A stretch of 64,000 bases of DNA, from positions 60,278-124,277 of the forward strand of contig DBYS01000016.1 of the NCBI GenBank assembly GCA_002310195.1, given 5' to 3'. Origin of the DNA: Bacteroidales bacterium UBA1180. Its GTDB lineage: Bacteria > Bacteroidota > Bacteroidia > Bacteroidales > Paludibacteraceae. Of the stretch, positions 45,365 through 55,682 are shown one piece after another (the stretch's first letter is position 1; each line of letters starts with the position of its first letter). The notes below the pieces were generated by a model that saw only the letters and a list, made by a program, of their open reading frames with translations, did not search any database and was not told where the DNA came from. Made by a program: the position numbers and the translations under genes.

Positions 45365-48082
45365 ATGAAATTATCATCAAAAATGAGCAAAATATACCTT
45401 ACTCTGGTTACAATTTTATGCCTTTCGTTGCAGGTTTACGCTATACCTGTGCGTGCACTCGGTGACAGTCTGACCGCCTACGCCAATCAGAAAGCGCAGG
45501 TGGGCAAAGTTACCGTCAAACGTATCCGCACGAGCGGGAACACAGCCAACATCTATACCTGCAAAGTTCTGAGCGGATTGAGTCTCTCGCCGAAAGAGTT
45601 GCAAGAGCTGCGCAAGCAGGCAAGCCTGCTCGTATTCGGCCACACTACCGGCGACATACATATCTACAGCGACGGCTACGAGCTGAACGAACTCATCCCG
45701 ATGCGCTACCGCAGCGTGGAACATGCACACGTACGCAATGCCGTGGCACCGCTGGTAAAGAACACCGACCTACCCTACAAGAGCCCGAACGGTCTGGACG
45801 GCAAGCATATAGCACTATGGGGCAGTCACGGCTGGTACTACAACAAACAGCTTGACCGCTGGCTATGGCAACGCGCAAGGCTGTGGACCACAGTCGAAGA
45901 CCTGTACACCTCATCCTACACAATGCCTTACCTCGTACCGATGCTCGAGAACGCCGGAGCAATCGTTCTGCAGCCGCGAGAGCGCGACACACAGACGGAG
46001 ATGGTGATCATCGAACGCTCGGACATGCGCGAAGAGGATGGCAAGACCGTAGCCGAGACAATCGTGCCCGCCGACGGCGAGTACGGCATATATATCCGCT
46101 ACAAACATAACCCGAACGCCTCGGCACACACACGATGCGAGGTGGAGCACAAGGACCAAACGACCGTCTATAACCTGAATATGCAGATGGGTGCAGGCAC
46201 GTGGATATACATAGGCAAGCACGCTTTCTCGACCCAACAGGAGGCAAGCCTGAAGATCAGCAGCCCGAAGCAGTATATCGACGCCGTTCGTCTGGGCGGC
46301 GGCATCGACACCACAGCCGGTGTACCGCGATTCGTAGTGGGAGCATCGGAGTACCTAAAGTTCGCCAACATACCCGACTCGATCCTCGACTATACCAAGG
46401 GCGAGAACACCTATACGAACGATTATGCCTGCCGCGGACAATGGGTGAACTACCTGCTCGGCGGTTCGCAACTCGCGCCACAGGAAGAGGGGCTGAACAT
46501 CCCGATCGACATGAGCATGGCGTTTCACTCCGATGCCGGTGTGCGTCAGGGCGACTCGATCGTAGGCACACTGCTGATCTACTACACCAAGGACGACAAC
46601 AACAGCCGTACGTTGCCGCTGGGCGACTCGCGCCTGCATTGCCGTTACCTCGCCGATTATGTGCAGACGCAGATCGTGGAAGATATGCGCGCCTTGCACA
46701 CACCGCTCTGGACACGCCGTTCGCTGAAGAACGCCGGTTATGCCGAAGCACGTCAGCCGCGTGTACCGTCGTTCCTGCTTGAGTTGCTCTCGCACCAGAA
46801 CCTCAACGATATGCGTTACGGTTTGGATCCGAAGGTGAAGTTCACCATCTCACGCGCTATATACAAAGGCATACTCAAGTACCTTGCCACCGCCCGTGGC
46901 GAAAAGTACGTGGTGCAGCCGCTACCTGTTCAGGCCTTTAGTGCAACGCTGCATCAGACCGAGAGCGAGGACAAGCAGGACAGCATCATCCTGAGTTGGC
47001 AGCCTACAACCGATCCGTTGGAGGCGACCGCGAAGGCGCAGTATTACGTCGTATATACGCGCCGCACACGCTCAACGAACGGCCAGACGATAGCCGGCGA
47101 CTGGAACGACGGCACGCGCGTGCAGGGCACACGCTATGCGTTCGTGCCCGACCGAGGGATACGTTATGACCTACGCGTGGCGGCAGGTAACAAAGGCGGA
47201 ATAAGCATGCCTTCGGAGACGCTGTGCGCGTACATTGCCCCCGAACCGAAAGGTACGGCGATGATCGTTAACAACTTCTCGCGCGTGGCAGCACCTACAT
47301 TCTTTGCCGACAGTCTGTACGCAGGTATCAACCCGCAGAGTTACGCCGTGGCCGACGGCAAAGATATATCGTTCATGGGCGAGCAGTATGATTACCTGCG
47401 CAGCAGCCAATGGGTGTCGGACGACAATTGCGGTTGGGGTTCGTCGTACGCCGATCAGCAGTTTGTGCTCACCGCCGGCAATACGCACGACTACCCGCTT
47501 ATGCACGGACGTGTGCTGAGCGAACTGGGTTACTCGTACGGCAGCTGCTCGACGGCAGCTATCAGCGATTCGGCAGCCCTGCGCGGGTACAGTTTTGTTG
47601 ACTTGATCTGCGGCAAGCAACTAACCGACAGCACCTACAAGATGTTTCCCGACAATCTGCGTGCGGCACTGGTCGATTATTCGCAGCAAGGCGGCGGTGT
47701 ACTGCTATCAGGCATGTACATCGGCAGCGAAGCCGCAGCGGTTAACGACACTGCGTTCACACGCCAAATACTGCGCTACACCTATCGCGGCGATCATGCT
47801 ACGCGCGGCGGAACAATGCTGCTGAACAGGGCAGCATGGCCGGTACAGCTCGTGCGACTGGTAACGCAACCTAACCCCAATATCATTTGCTGCGAGAACG
47901 CACAAGGTATCATGCCTGTGCGCGGCGCTGTCAGCATCGGCACGTACACCGACAGCGGCATGACCGCGGGCATAGCGTACAGCGGCGAGTACAAGATGAT
48001 TGCATTGCCGTTCATCATGGAGAGTGTCGAAGATTTCGGGGCACTGTACCGCAATTGCGTACACTACATAACCCAACGATAA
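45365..48082 (+). CDS. Large secreted protein with an Amidase_3-like (zinc MurNAc-L-Ala amidase-like) core and an FN3-like domain
   Basis: Has a signal peptide (CLSLQVYA) and the motifs AFHSDAG and FLLELLSHQN, which resemble Amidase_3 metal ligands. The start may instead be ATG 45383 (MSKIYL). The function is uncertain. Confidence 0.55.
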   Translation: MKLSSKMSKIYLTLVTILCLSLQVYAIPVRALGDSLTAYANQKAQVGKVTVKRIRTSGNTANIYTCKVLSGLSLSPKELQELRKQASLLVFGHTTGDIHIYSDGYELNELIPMRYRSVEHAHVRNAVAPLVKNTDLPYKSPNGLDGKHIALWGSHGWYYNKQLDRWLWQRARLWTTVEDLYTSSYTMPYLVPMLENAGAIVLQPRERDTQTEMVIIERSDMREEDGKTVAETIVPADGEYGIYIRYKHNPNASAHTRCEVEHKDQTTVYNLNMQMGAGTWIYIGKHAFSTQQEASLKISSPKQYIDAVRLGGGIDTTAGVPRFVVGASEYLKFANIPDSILDYTKGENTYTNDYACRGQWVNYLLGGSQLAPQEEGLNIPIDMSMAFHSDAGVRQGDSIVGTLLIYYTKDDNNSRTLPLGDSRLHCRYLADYVQTQIVEDMRALHTPLWTRRSLKNAGYAEARQPRVPSFLLELLSHQNLNDMRYGLDPKVKFTISRAIYKGILKYLATARGEKYVVQPLPVQAFSATLHQTESEDKQDSIILSWQPTTDPLEATAKAQYYVVYTRRTRSTNGQTIAGDWNDGTRVQGTRYAFVPDRGIRYDLRVAAGNKGGISMPSETLCAYIAPEPKGTAMIVNNFSRVAAPTFFADSLYAGINPQSYAVADGKDISFMGEQYDYLRSSQWVSDDNCGWGSSYADQQFVLTAGNTHDYPLMHGRVLSELGYSYGSCSTAAISDSAALRGYSFVDLICGKQLTDSTYKMFPDNLRAALVDYSQQGGGVLLSGMYIGSEAAAVNDTAFTRQILRYTYRGDHATRGGTMLLNRAAWPVQLVRLVTQPNPNIICCENAQGIMPVRGAVSIGTYTDSGMTAGIAYSGEYKMIALPFIMESVEDFGALYRNCVHYITQR

Positions 48083-48097
48083 GAGCAAACAACAGAT

Positions 48098-49537
48098 ATG
48101 AAGAAAAAGAACTTACCGCTACTCCCGTCCGTAACCATTACCGGTATAGGTGCGGAGGGCAAAGCCATCACTCGCGTGCCGATGCCAAACGGCGAAGGCG
48201 GAACGAGTGAGATCGTGTGCTTTGTGCCCTACTGCGTGCCTGGCGACGTGGTTGACCTGCAGGTAACGAAAAAGAAACACTCGTACATGGAAGCGCGCGT
48301 GGAGCGAATAGTCACATATTCCGACCAGCGCTGTGCGCCCGAGTGCCCGCATTACGGCGAGTGCGGCGGTTGCAAGTGGCAGATACTGCCTTACACCGAG
48401 CAGTTACGCTACAAGCAGCAGCAAGTAGCAGATAACCTCACGCGTATAGGTAAAGTAGCCCTGCCGGAGATCTCGCCAATCATCGGCAGCAAACATATAT
48501 ACGAATACCGCAACAAACTGGAGTTCTCTTGTGCCGACAGAAAATGGCTGTCGTGGGACGCTATCCACGCAGCCGGCGGACTGGAGAACATCGATACGTC
48601 ATACGGCCTGGGATTCCATATACCGAACTGCTTCGACAAAGTGCTGGACATCGAGACCTGCCGTTTGATGCCCGACATCAACAACCGCATCCGCAACGGA
48701 GTACGGACCTTTGCGCGCGAGCACGGACTGACGTTCTACAACGAACATTCGCACCAAGGGAAACTGCGCACACTGATCCTGCGCACGAACCATAAGGGCG
48801 AGATGATGCTGATCGTATCTTTCGGCGAGAAAGTCAGCAAGCCGTGCATGGCTCTGCTCGAATGGCTGCACAAGGAGTTTGAAGAGATAACCTCCCTACT
48901 CTACGTGGAAAACATGAAGATGAATGACACGATTGCCGACCAGGAAATACACGTGTACTACGGGCAGGATCATATCATCGAAGAGATGGAAGGCTTGCAG
49001 TTCAAGGTCGGACCGAAATCGTTCTACCAGACGAACACCGAGCAGGCGTACGAACTGTACAAGGTTGCCCGCGAGTTCGCAGCACTGACAGGCGATGAGC
49101 TGGTATATGACCTTTATACAGGCACAGGTACTATAGCCAACTTCGTTGCACGGCAAGCCAAGCAGGTGATCGGCATCGAATATGTGCCGGAGGCGATAGA
49201 GGATGCAAAAGTTAATTCCGAGATCAACGGCATCAGCAACACGCTGTTCTTTGCCGGCGATATAAAGGACGTGCTCAGCGACGCGTTTTTTGCCCAGCAC
49301 GGCCGTCCGGATGTGATCATTACTGACCCGCCGCGCGCAGGCATGCACGAGGATGTGATCGCCACTATCCTTCGCGCTGAGCCCAAACGGATCGTATATG
49401 TGAGTTGCAACCCCGCTACGCAGGCACGCGATCTGGCGATGCTTGATGCGCTGTACAGCGTAGCAAAAGTGCAACCGGTAGATATGTTCCCCCACACGCA
49501 GCATGTGGAAAACGTCGTACTGCTAATACACAGGTAA
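48098..49537 (+). CDS. rlmD: 23S rRNA (uracil-C5)-methyltransferase RlmD/RumA family
   Basis: Has a TRAM domain, the Fe-S Cys cluster CPHYGECGGCKWQ, a SAM-binding motif (DLYTGTGTI) and the catalytic motif YVSCNP. Confidence 0.9.
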   Translation: MKKKNLPLLPSVTITGIGAEGKAITRVPMPNGEGGTSEIVCFVPYCVPGDVVDLQVTKKKHSYMEARVERIVTYSDQRCAPECPHYGECGGCKWQILPYTEQLRYKQQQVADNLTRIGKVALPEISPIIGSKHIYEYRNKLEFSCADRKWLSWDAIHAAGGLENIDTSYGLGFHIPNCFDKVLDIETCRLMPDINNRIRNGVRTFAREHGLTFYNEHSHQGKLRTLILRTNHKGEMMLIVSFGEKVSKPCMALLEWLHKEFEEITSLLYVENMKMNDTIADQEIHVYYGQDHIIEEMEGLQFKVGPKSFYQTNTEQAYELYKVAREFAALTGDELVYDLYTGTGTIANFVARQAKQVIGIEYVPEAIEDAKVNSEINGISNTLFFAGDIKDVLSDAFFAQHGRPDVIITDPPRAGMHEDVIATILRAEPKRIVYVSCNPATQARDLAMLDALYSVAKVQPVDMFPHTQHVENVVLLIHR

Positions 49538-49538
49538 A

Positions 49539-50945
49539 ATGATACAATTACTGATAACCCTATTCGTGTACTTCGTCAGTTTTACTGACAAGCCGGAGAA
49601 GACCGCACCGCAGTTGTCGCCGCGGGCGATAGAGCAACGCCGGAAGTGGAACATTCCGACGGACGAGATGGATTATCCGGTCAGTGGGATGTACCTTTCG
49701 CAACTGCGTGCAAAAGGTATCAAAGTGTATCACGTGAGCCGCTGGTTCAACGGAGCGACGGTGGAAATGGACGAAGAGACGGCAGTCTCGTTGAAGAAAC
49801 TGAACTTCGTGAAGAGCGTGGAGATGACCCGCGATGACTCGGAGCACGACGCATATCTGTCGCGCAGGAAAATCAGCGCCGTAACGAATATAACGAGCGA
49901 GGATATGCAGGCTATGGCTATGCAGTCAGACAAACAACTGGCGCTATACAATCTGCTGCCGCTGCATGAAGCGGGATATCACGGACAAGGAATACTGATC
50001 ACGATGTGCGACGGCGGGTTTATGGATGTGGACAAACTCAGCTGTTTCCGCCAGAAACAGGAGCTCGGACACTTTGACTTCACCGATGACGGCGATGACT
50101 TTTACGGCGAGAGCGGAGCACACGGGCTGTACTGCCTGAGTCTGGTATCCGGCAAGACCGACGAATATACGGGCGCAGCTACCGAAGCCGATTACTACCT
50201 GATGCGTTCGGAGGAATCAGAGCCAGAGTCACCGAAAGAGATGGATAACCTTGTGGCCGCGCTGGAAAAAGCAGACTCGCTGGGAACGAACGTTTTCTCG
50301 GTGTCGCTGGGTTACTCACTGTTTGATAACGAAGAATGGACACTTGAGTACAACATGCTGAACGGCAAGACCACACGCGCCAGTCGCGCAGCAACGATCG
50401 CGGCAAGAAAAGGCATGCTTGTGTGTGTATCGGCAGGCAACGACGGTAACAAACCGTGGCATTACATCTCCTCGCCGGCTGATGCCGACTCGGTGCTGAC
50501 CGTAGGCGCAGTGACGACGGACAGTGTGATAGGCGATTTCTCCAGTTTCGGTCCGAGTGCCGACGGCCGGATCAAGCCTGAAGTGTGCGCAGTAGGTGTA
50601 CGCGCTGCCGTACTGGGCGTGAACGGTCAAGTCACGCACGGCAACGGCACAAGCTTCGCCGCGCCGCTGATGGCAGGTTTGGCAGCAACACTATGGTCGG
50701 CACTGCCTGACGAAAACGCCATGCAGATCCGCGAACGGATCATCCGTTCCGCCGACCGTTACGGCAATCCTGACCGCGATCAGTACGGCTACGGCATACC
50801 CGATGCCTACGCCGCGTACCTGGGGCGCACCGCTACAATGAACGAGACGCCGGTCAGCAAACGCTCGGTCAAGTATATTAGGGGAAACAATCTGTATATC
50901 GACTGCAACAGCAAGACGTACGATATATTGGGGAGAACTCGTTAA
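49539..50945 (+). CDS. S8 family (subtilisin-like) serine peptidase
   Basis: Has the motif GNGTSFAAPLMAG (catalytic Ser) and upstream regions resembling CDGGF (Asp) and HG..C (His). Confidence 0.85.
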   Translation: MIQLLITLFVYFVSFTDKPEKTAPQLSPRAIEQRRKWNIPTDEMDYPVSGMYLSQLRAKGIKVYHVSRWFNGATVEMDEETAVSLKKLNFVKSVEMTRDDSEHDAYLSRRKISAVTNITSEDMQAMAMQSDKQLALYNLLPLHEAGYHGQGILITMCDGGFMDVDKLSCFRQKQELGHFDFTDDGDDFYGESGAHGLYCLSLVSGKTDEYTGAATEADYYLMRSEESEPESPKEMDNLVAALEKADSLGTNVFSVSLGYSLFDNEEWTLEYNMLNGKTTRASRAATIAARKGMLVCVSAGNDGNKPWHYISSPADADSVLTVGAVTTDSVIGDFSSFGPSADGRIKPEVCAVGVRAAVLGVNGQVTHGNGTSFAAPLMAGLAATLWSALPDENAMQIRERIIRSADRYGNPDRDQYGYGIPDAYAAYLGRTATMNETPVSKRSVKYIRGNNLYIDCNSKTYDILGRTR

Positions 50946-50950
50946 GACAC

Positions 50951-51067
50951 AAAAAAGGGAAGCGATCTACATCGCACCGCTACAACCTCTTACCCTTGCT
51001 TCGGTCAAGACCTGGGGGAGTTCAGAGGGAGCTGGTCGTGCAGGACTTCCCTATATTTTGCTAAAAG
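50951..51067 (-). ncRNA. ffs: Probable signal recognition particle RNA (small bacterial SRP / 4.5S RNA)
   Basis: Has its own promoter. It forms a long imperfect hairpin whose closing stem is GGGAAG/CTTCCC (51046-51051 with 50957-50962). The apical region, CCCCC-AGG-UC-UUGACC-GA-AGCA-AGGG-UAAG-AGG, matches the SRP domain IV pattern (5' AGG with 3' AGCA in the symmetric loop, and GA after the apical loop). A 3' T-run follows. Confidence 0.6.
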
Positions 51068-51073
51068 CGGGTG

Positions 51074-51105
51074 CAAAGATAATACAATATTTTCATATTT
51101 GCAAA
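51074..51105 (-). promoter_or_regulatory. Promoter of the putative ffs gene (-7 TATCTTTG is the reverse complement of 51074-51081; -33 TTTG is the reverse complement of 51102-51105)
   Basis: Consensus match with a 20-nt spacer. No minus-strand ORF lies downstream of it. Confidence 0.6.
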
Positions 51106-51109
51106 TATT

Positions 51110-52579
51110 TTGCTCGAAAATTTCATTTCACATAGGATTTTCAGTAATCTGCGAACTCAAGCAGTCAATGCGGACGGTGAACCGGTACCGTTCGTGCCGA
51201 ACGAAGGGCAGCGCGAACTGATCGACAAACTCGGCACGTTCCTGCTGGACAGCACCGAGGGCAAACTGTTTATCCTGCGCGGTTATGCAGGCACGGGCAA
51301 GACGAGTATAGTCAGTGCGCTGGTTCGGACACTGCGCAGTCTCGGGCAGAAATGCATATTGATGGCACCTACGGGTCGCGCAGCAAAAGTGCTCAGCCGC
51401 TACGCTTCATTGGATGAGCGTGTGCCGGCTTACACGATCCACAAGTACATCTACCGTCAGAACGAACTGGGCAAACAGTCGTTCAGCCTGGGTGACAATC
51501 TGTTTCACCACGCGCTATTCATCGTTGACGAGGCATCGATGCTCTCGGATATCCGCGAACCGGGTTCGCCATTCGGCAGCGGTTGCGTGCTGGACGACCT
51601 GATGCGGTTCGTGTACAACGGCCAGGGGTGTTCGCTGATGCTCGTAGGCGATACAGCGCAGTTGCCGCCTGTAGGACATTCGACCTCACCGGCATTGAGC
51701 GACGATTATATGGCACGGTACGCGGTGCCCAACCTGCATATCAGTTCGCACACGCTGACCGAAGTTGCGCGGCAAGCGGACAGTTCGGCCATACTAAAGA
51801 ACGCTACGGCCATCCGCGAACATATAAGCGAGCTCTCGGAAAAATTGACGCCTGCAACCGGCGAACATGTGGCGATAGCGAGTGCGCCCGAACTGGTGCT
51901 ACTCAGCGGTGCAGATCTGCAGCAGAGTCTGGAGAAGTCGTACAACGAGTGCGGCATGGCGCAAACGCTGATCGTAACGCGGTCGAACAAACGCACGAAC
52001 CTGTACAACCAAGGCGTGCGCGCGTATATATTATGGAAAGAGGACCAACTATCGTCCGGCGACCGGGTGATGGTGAACAAGAACAACTACTTCTGGGGCA
52101 AGGATTATGAGGGCGTAGAATTTATAGCCAACGGCGATATGTTCGAGGTGACGCGCATCAGGAACTTCCGCGAGCTATATGGTTTTCACTTCGCCGATGC
52201 CACGCTGCAGAACGTTGATTATGAGGCCGAGCGGGAGATGGAATGCATCGTTTGGCTGGATATATTGCAGGCAGAGAGCGACGAACAGATTTATCAAATG
52301 CAGCAAGATCTGTTCTACCGTATAGCGGAAGACTATCCGGAGATACACAACAAACGCGAACTGATCAAGACGATATACGACTCACCGTATTACAACGCCC
52401 TGCATATCCGCTATGCGTACGCCGTGACCTGCCACAAGGCGCAAGGCGGACAATGGCAGCACGTGTATATCGACCAAGGTCCTGTGCCCGATGAACAACG
52501 CGACATCACGTACCTCCGGTGGCTCTATACAGCCCTGACGCGAGCAACGGAACAAGTGTATCTGATCAACTACGAATAA
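51110..52579 (+). CDS. RecD/Pif1-like superfamily I DNA helicase (AAA_30 plus UvrD_C_2-like)
   Basis: Has Walker A (GYAGTGKTS), Walker B (FIVDEASM), GDTAQLPPV and a C-terminal YAVTCHKAQG. It uses a TTG start at 51110, and there is no in-frame ATG until far inside the Walker region. Confidence 0.8.
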   Translation: MLENFISHRIFSNLRTQAVNADGEPVPFVPNEGQRELIDKLGTFLLDSTEGKLFILRGYAGTGKTSIVSALVRTLRSLGQKCILMAPTGRAAKVLSRYASLDERVPAYTIHKYIYRQNELGKQSFSLGDNLFHHALFIVDEASMLSDIREPGSPFGSGCVLDDLMRFVYNGQGCSLMLVGDTAQLPPVGHSTSPALSDDYMARYAVPNLHISSHTLTEVARQADSSAILKNATAIREHISELSEKLTPATGEHVAIASAPELVLLSGADLQQSLEKSYNECGMAQTLIVTRSNKRTNLYNQGVRAYILWKEDQLSSGDRVMVNKNNYFWGKDYEGVEFIANGDMFEVTRIRNFRELYGFHFADATLQNVDYEAEREMECIVWLDILQAESDEQIYQMQQDLFYRIAEDYPEIHNKRELIKTIYDSPYYNALHIRYAYAVTCHKAQGGQWQHVYIDQGPVPDEQRDITYLRWLYTALTRATEQVYLINYE

Positions 52580-52582
52580 ACA

Positions 52583-52610
52583 AATAGCCCGAGCAAATGC
52601 CCGGGCTATT
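52583..52610. terminator. Hairpin AATAGCCCG-N10-CGGGCTATT between the convergent helicase and SGBP genes
   Basis: A perfect 9-bp stem. The minus-strand reading is followed by the T-rich TGTTTATT. Confidence 0.6.
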
Positions 52611-52644
52611 GTTATGATGACTATGTCATCCGAGAAATTTGCGA

Positions 52645-53760
52645 TTACTCTTCGCATTTTTTCCACTTACCAGTGCTGTAATCAATCGCGAACTCTGTCT
52701 GATCACCGAACTGAATGTTCGGGTTGTTTTCTTTAAGTTCATCGTTTTCAGCATCGTAAGCACGAATCTCGTTGTCCCAGCCACTTACAGAGCCTGCGAA
52801 CTTGAACTCGTCAGAAGCGTCGGCCTCAACAGTAGCCTCATACTTGCCATCCTGACCAGCAACCGGAGTCATAGCGATCTCAGTTGCATTCCAACCATTG
52901 AACGAGCCAACGATTGACGGAACTTCAGCACCGCAGTCGTTTGTCGGAACAGTAAGAACCACGTGACGCTTAACCAGAACAACCTGAACGCACTCAGACT
53001 TGTTCCAACCACCAATCTTGAGGTAGAGCAGACCGCCGTTAGCGCCGATCTCTTTAACCTGACCATCGCCGGCAATAGTCGGCTCAATGTTCGAGAAGTT
53101 GCAGCTGTGCAGAGCAACGTCCTTAGCCTGGCCTTCCCAGCTAGCGTCACCAGCGTAGATCAAGCAAACCTTGAACTCCATAGCTTCAGCAGCAGGAACT
53201 TCTACCTGGAACCAGTTAGCGTAGCCTTCAACCTTCGTGAACTTGTAGATAGCGCCATCAACCGGAGTAGCAGCACCGTTTTCACCGATATAGGTGTTCT
53301 CGCCAGACCACACATAGCCGTCACCGGCCTCATTCGGCTCACCGAGCGTACCCTTCAGCGCGATACCGTTGCACTCCGAACCGGCAGGAATCTCAATAAC
53401 AACGCGCAGTTTGCCGGCAGCAGGAGCGTCCAGGTCAGGAGCACCACCTTCGCCACCACCATCATTAGCAACAGTTACATCAACAGTAGCAACAGCCTTG
53501 CCAACAGTAGCTGTGATAGCAGCACTACCCTCAGCAACAGCGGTAACAGTACCTTGCTCGTTAACAGTAGCAACAGCAGGGGCCGACGAAGCCCATGCGA
53601 TTGTACCCGAAGCTTTCTCTACGGGGATCGTGTAGGTCTCACCAACCTTCAAACTCATTTTGTTGAGTTTCAGTTTGATTACGTCAGTGTCATTTTTACA
53701 TGCTACGAAAGCAAATGCAACGATTGCCAACATAGCAGCAACAATCTTGTTAAATTTCAT
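52645..53760 (-). CDS. Surface lipoprotein with a Big_2 (Ig-like) domain and CBM-like beta-sandwich domains, in the SusE/F-position glycan-binding slot
   Basis: Has a lipoprotein signal (AFAFVAC) and Big_2-like sequence (GTVTAVAEGSAAITATV). Aromatic-rich segments such as GSFNGWNATEIAMTP resemble starch-binding modules. Confidence 0.65.
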   Translation of the reverse strand: MKFNKIVAAMLAIVAFAFVACKNDTDVIKLKLNKMSLKVGETYTIPVEKASGTIAWASSAPAVATVNEQGTVTAVAEGSAAITATVGKAVATVDVTVANDGGGEGGAPDLDAPAAGKLRVVIEIPAGSECNGIALKGTLGEPNEAGDGYVWSGENTYIGENGAATPVDGAIYKFTKVEGYANWFQVEVPAAEAMEFKVCLIYAGDASWEGQAKDVALHSCNFSNIEPTIAGDGQVKEIGANGGLLYLKIGGWNKSECVQVVLVKRHVVLTVPTNDCGAEVPSIVGSFNGWNATEIAMTPVAGQDGKYEATVEADASDEFKFAGSVSGWDNEIRAYDAENDELKENNPNIQFGDQTEFAIDYSTGKWKKCEE

Positions 53761-53843
53761 AACTTTGATTTTTTAATTGTTAATTGGTTTATAATGTCAT
53801 CCTTTGTGATGAGTTCAAATTTGGTGTACAAAACCGCGAGCGA

Positions 53844-55640
53844 TTAATAGCCCGGGTTTTGTACGATGTTGGAGTTAGCAACAACATCTCCCTCCGGAAT
53901 AGGATAGAGCGTCATCTTCGCATCAAGTTCAACGACCTTGGTGTTCCATGAGTCTGGATTGTCATATGACTTGATATCGCCAGTCTTCTTCGCTCCACGA
54001 CCTTCCCATGTACGGGTAACGGTCGGACCAACGAACTGGCCGAAGCGGATGAGGTCGATACGACGACGTCCTTCGTGATAGAACTCGCGAAGCCACTCGT
54101 CAAGCACTTCGTCATCGTTAAGCGAAGCGAGCGGTGTAGCGTGTGCACGCGAACGAACAGCGTTGATATCAGCCAATGCCTCAGAAGTCTTGCTCTGACG
54201 ATAGCGAGCCTCAGCACGTGTCAGGAAGGCCTCAGCAGTACGCATAATAGGCACATCAGCGTCGCAGAACGAAGGATCGTGTTGCGGAGCAGCGTGGTCA
54301 TCGTTGAGCGGGTGCAAGGTTGCATCGAACTCAGTAGAGTACAGATTCGTCCATTTGCAGATAGCCCAGCATGAATCAAAGCCGTCACCGTTATCAGGCA
54401 CGAGTCCGGCAAAGCCCTTGACATTCAGCGTACCATCGCCCGGATCGACGTTCGTGGCAGAGAACATTGCACGGTCGTCACCAGCGATAGCCGGCATATC
54501 GAACTCGTCGTATGCACCACCGAGAGCGATGATCTCGTTAGGCGTCTTACCCTGGAAGTTACCGAACTTAGCCACGAGTTCAGGCGATGTTCGCCAGCAG
54601 CCCCAACTGTTGTTACTCGAACCACAACCGTTCATCTTCGTGTTACGCGTGGAGCAGATGGTATATTGTGAACCAGCATACGAACGGATGAGTACACCAT
54701 CGCAGGCAGCGAGGAAGACCATCTCTTCACGAGCGACCTTGTCGTTATCGCCCATGAAAACCTCTGCATAAACAGGGTGCATAGTCGGATACGACTCGAT
54801 CACTTTACCGGCAGCCTCTTCGGCCTTAGCCCACTCAGCCTTGCCAACATATACCTCAGCGTTAAGATACAGACGAGCAAGAAGCATGTAAGCAGCAGGC
54901 TTGGTTACGCGATAGATAGTAGTAGCGTCCTTGTCATACAAGTCCTGAAGGAAGCCGTGGTCAGCGTCACCTGTCGGGGTGTAGGTGGCCAGTGCCTCAC
55001 CGGTCTTGCGGTTCTTATATACCTTGCCTGTGTGGCCGCCGTCGATCTCGTCGATAAGCCAGTTGTAGAGGCTCTCGCGGTCGATCTGCTCAGGGTTATT
55101 TGTAGCGATAGTAGCCGTGAACGGAACAGAACCAAACATATCCAACATATGGTAGTAGTTCAGCGCACGGATGAAACGCACCTCAGCACGTTTGTGTATC
55201 ATCTCAGCGTCGGTCGTGCCCTCTGTCTCGTCGAGGAAAAGGTTCGACATCGTCACGGCATAGTTCAAACGGTTATACAGTTTGGAAACAAAGGGGTTAG
55301 CCGGGGTCCAAGCAAGCATCAACAAATCGGAGCAACCGGCATCACCACGCCATGTCCACCAGCCGGCGTCTGTCGGGAATTCGTTGAGCACGCACAGCGT
55401 ACGATAGAAGCCCGAGTAGCCCTCGTCATCGGTGATGATATCGGCGTTGCCACCACCACCCGACTGACCTGTCTGTACGAACGCGCAGTACAACTTGGCA
55501 TAGAGCGCGTCGATGACCTGATCGTGGTTCTCAGAATTAATCTGAACAGAATTCGGATCAATAGGATCCAGATTCATACACGCAGTGAACGTCATTGCTA
55601 ACGCTGCTGCGATAAATAATTTAATACTATTCTTTTTCAT
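53844..55640 (-). CDS. susD: SusD/RagB family nutrient-binding outer-membrane lipoprotein
   Basis: Has a lipoprotein signal (AMTFTAC) and SusD-like helical repeats, and follows SusC. Confidence 0.9.
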   Translation of the reverse strand: MKKNSIKLFIAAALAMTFTACMNLDPIDPNSVQINSENHDQVIDALYAKLYCAFVQTGQSGGGGNADIITDDEGYSGFYRTLCVLNEFPTDAGWWTWRGDAGCSDLLMLAWTPANPFVSKLYNRLNYAVTMSNLFLDETEGTTDAEMIHKRAEVRFIRALNYYHMLDMFGSVPFTATIATNNPEQIDRESLYNWLIDEIDGGHTGKVYKNRKTGEALATYTPTGDADHGFLQDLYDKDATTIYRVTKPAAYMLLARLYLNAEVYVGKAEWAKAEEAAGKVIESYPTMHPVYAEVFMGDNDKVAREEMVFLAACDGVLIRSYAGSQYTICSTRNTKMNGCGSSNNSWGCWRTSPELVAKFGNFQGKTPNEIIALGGAYDEFDMPAIAGDDRAMFSATNVDPGDGTLNVKGFAGLVPDNGDGFDSCWAICKWTNLYSTEFDATLHPLNDDHAAPQHDPSFCDADVPIMRTAEAFLTRAEARYRQSKTSEALADINAVRSRAHATPLASLNDDEVLDEWLREFYHEGRRRIDLIRFGQFVGPTVTRTWEGRGAKKTGDIKSYDNPDSWNTKVVELDAKMTLYPIPEGDVVANSNIVQNPGY

Positions 55641-55682
55641 AATCGTAGTTATTATCGAATTGTAGTTATTTGTCGTGCAACA

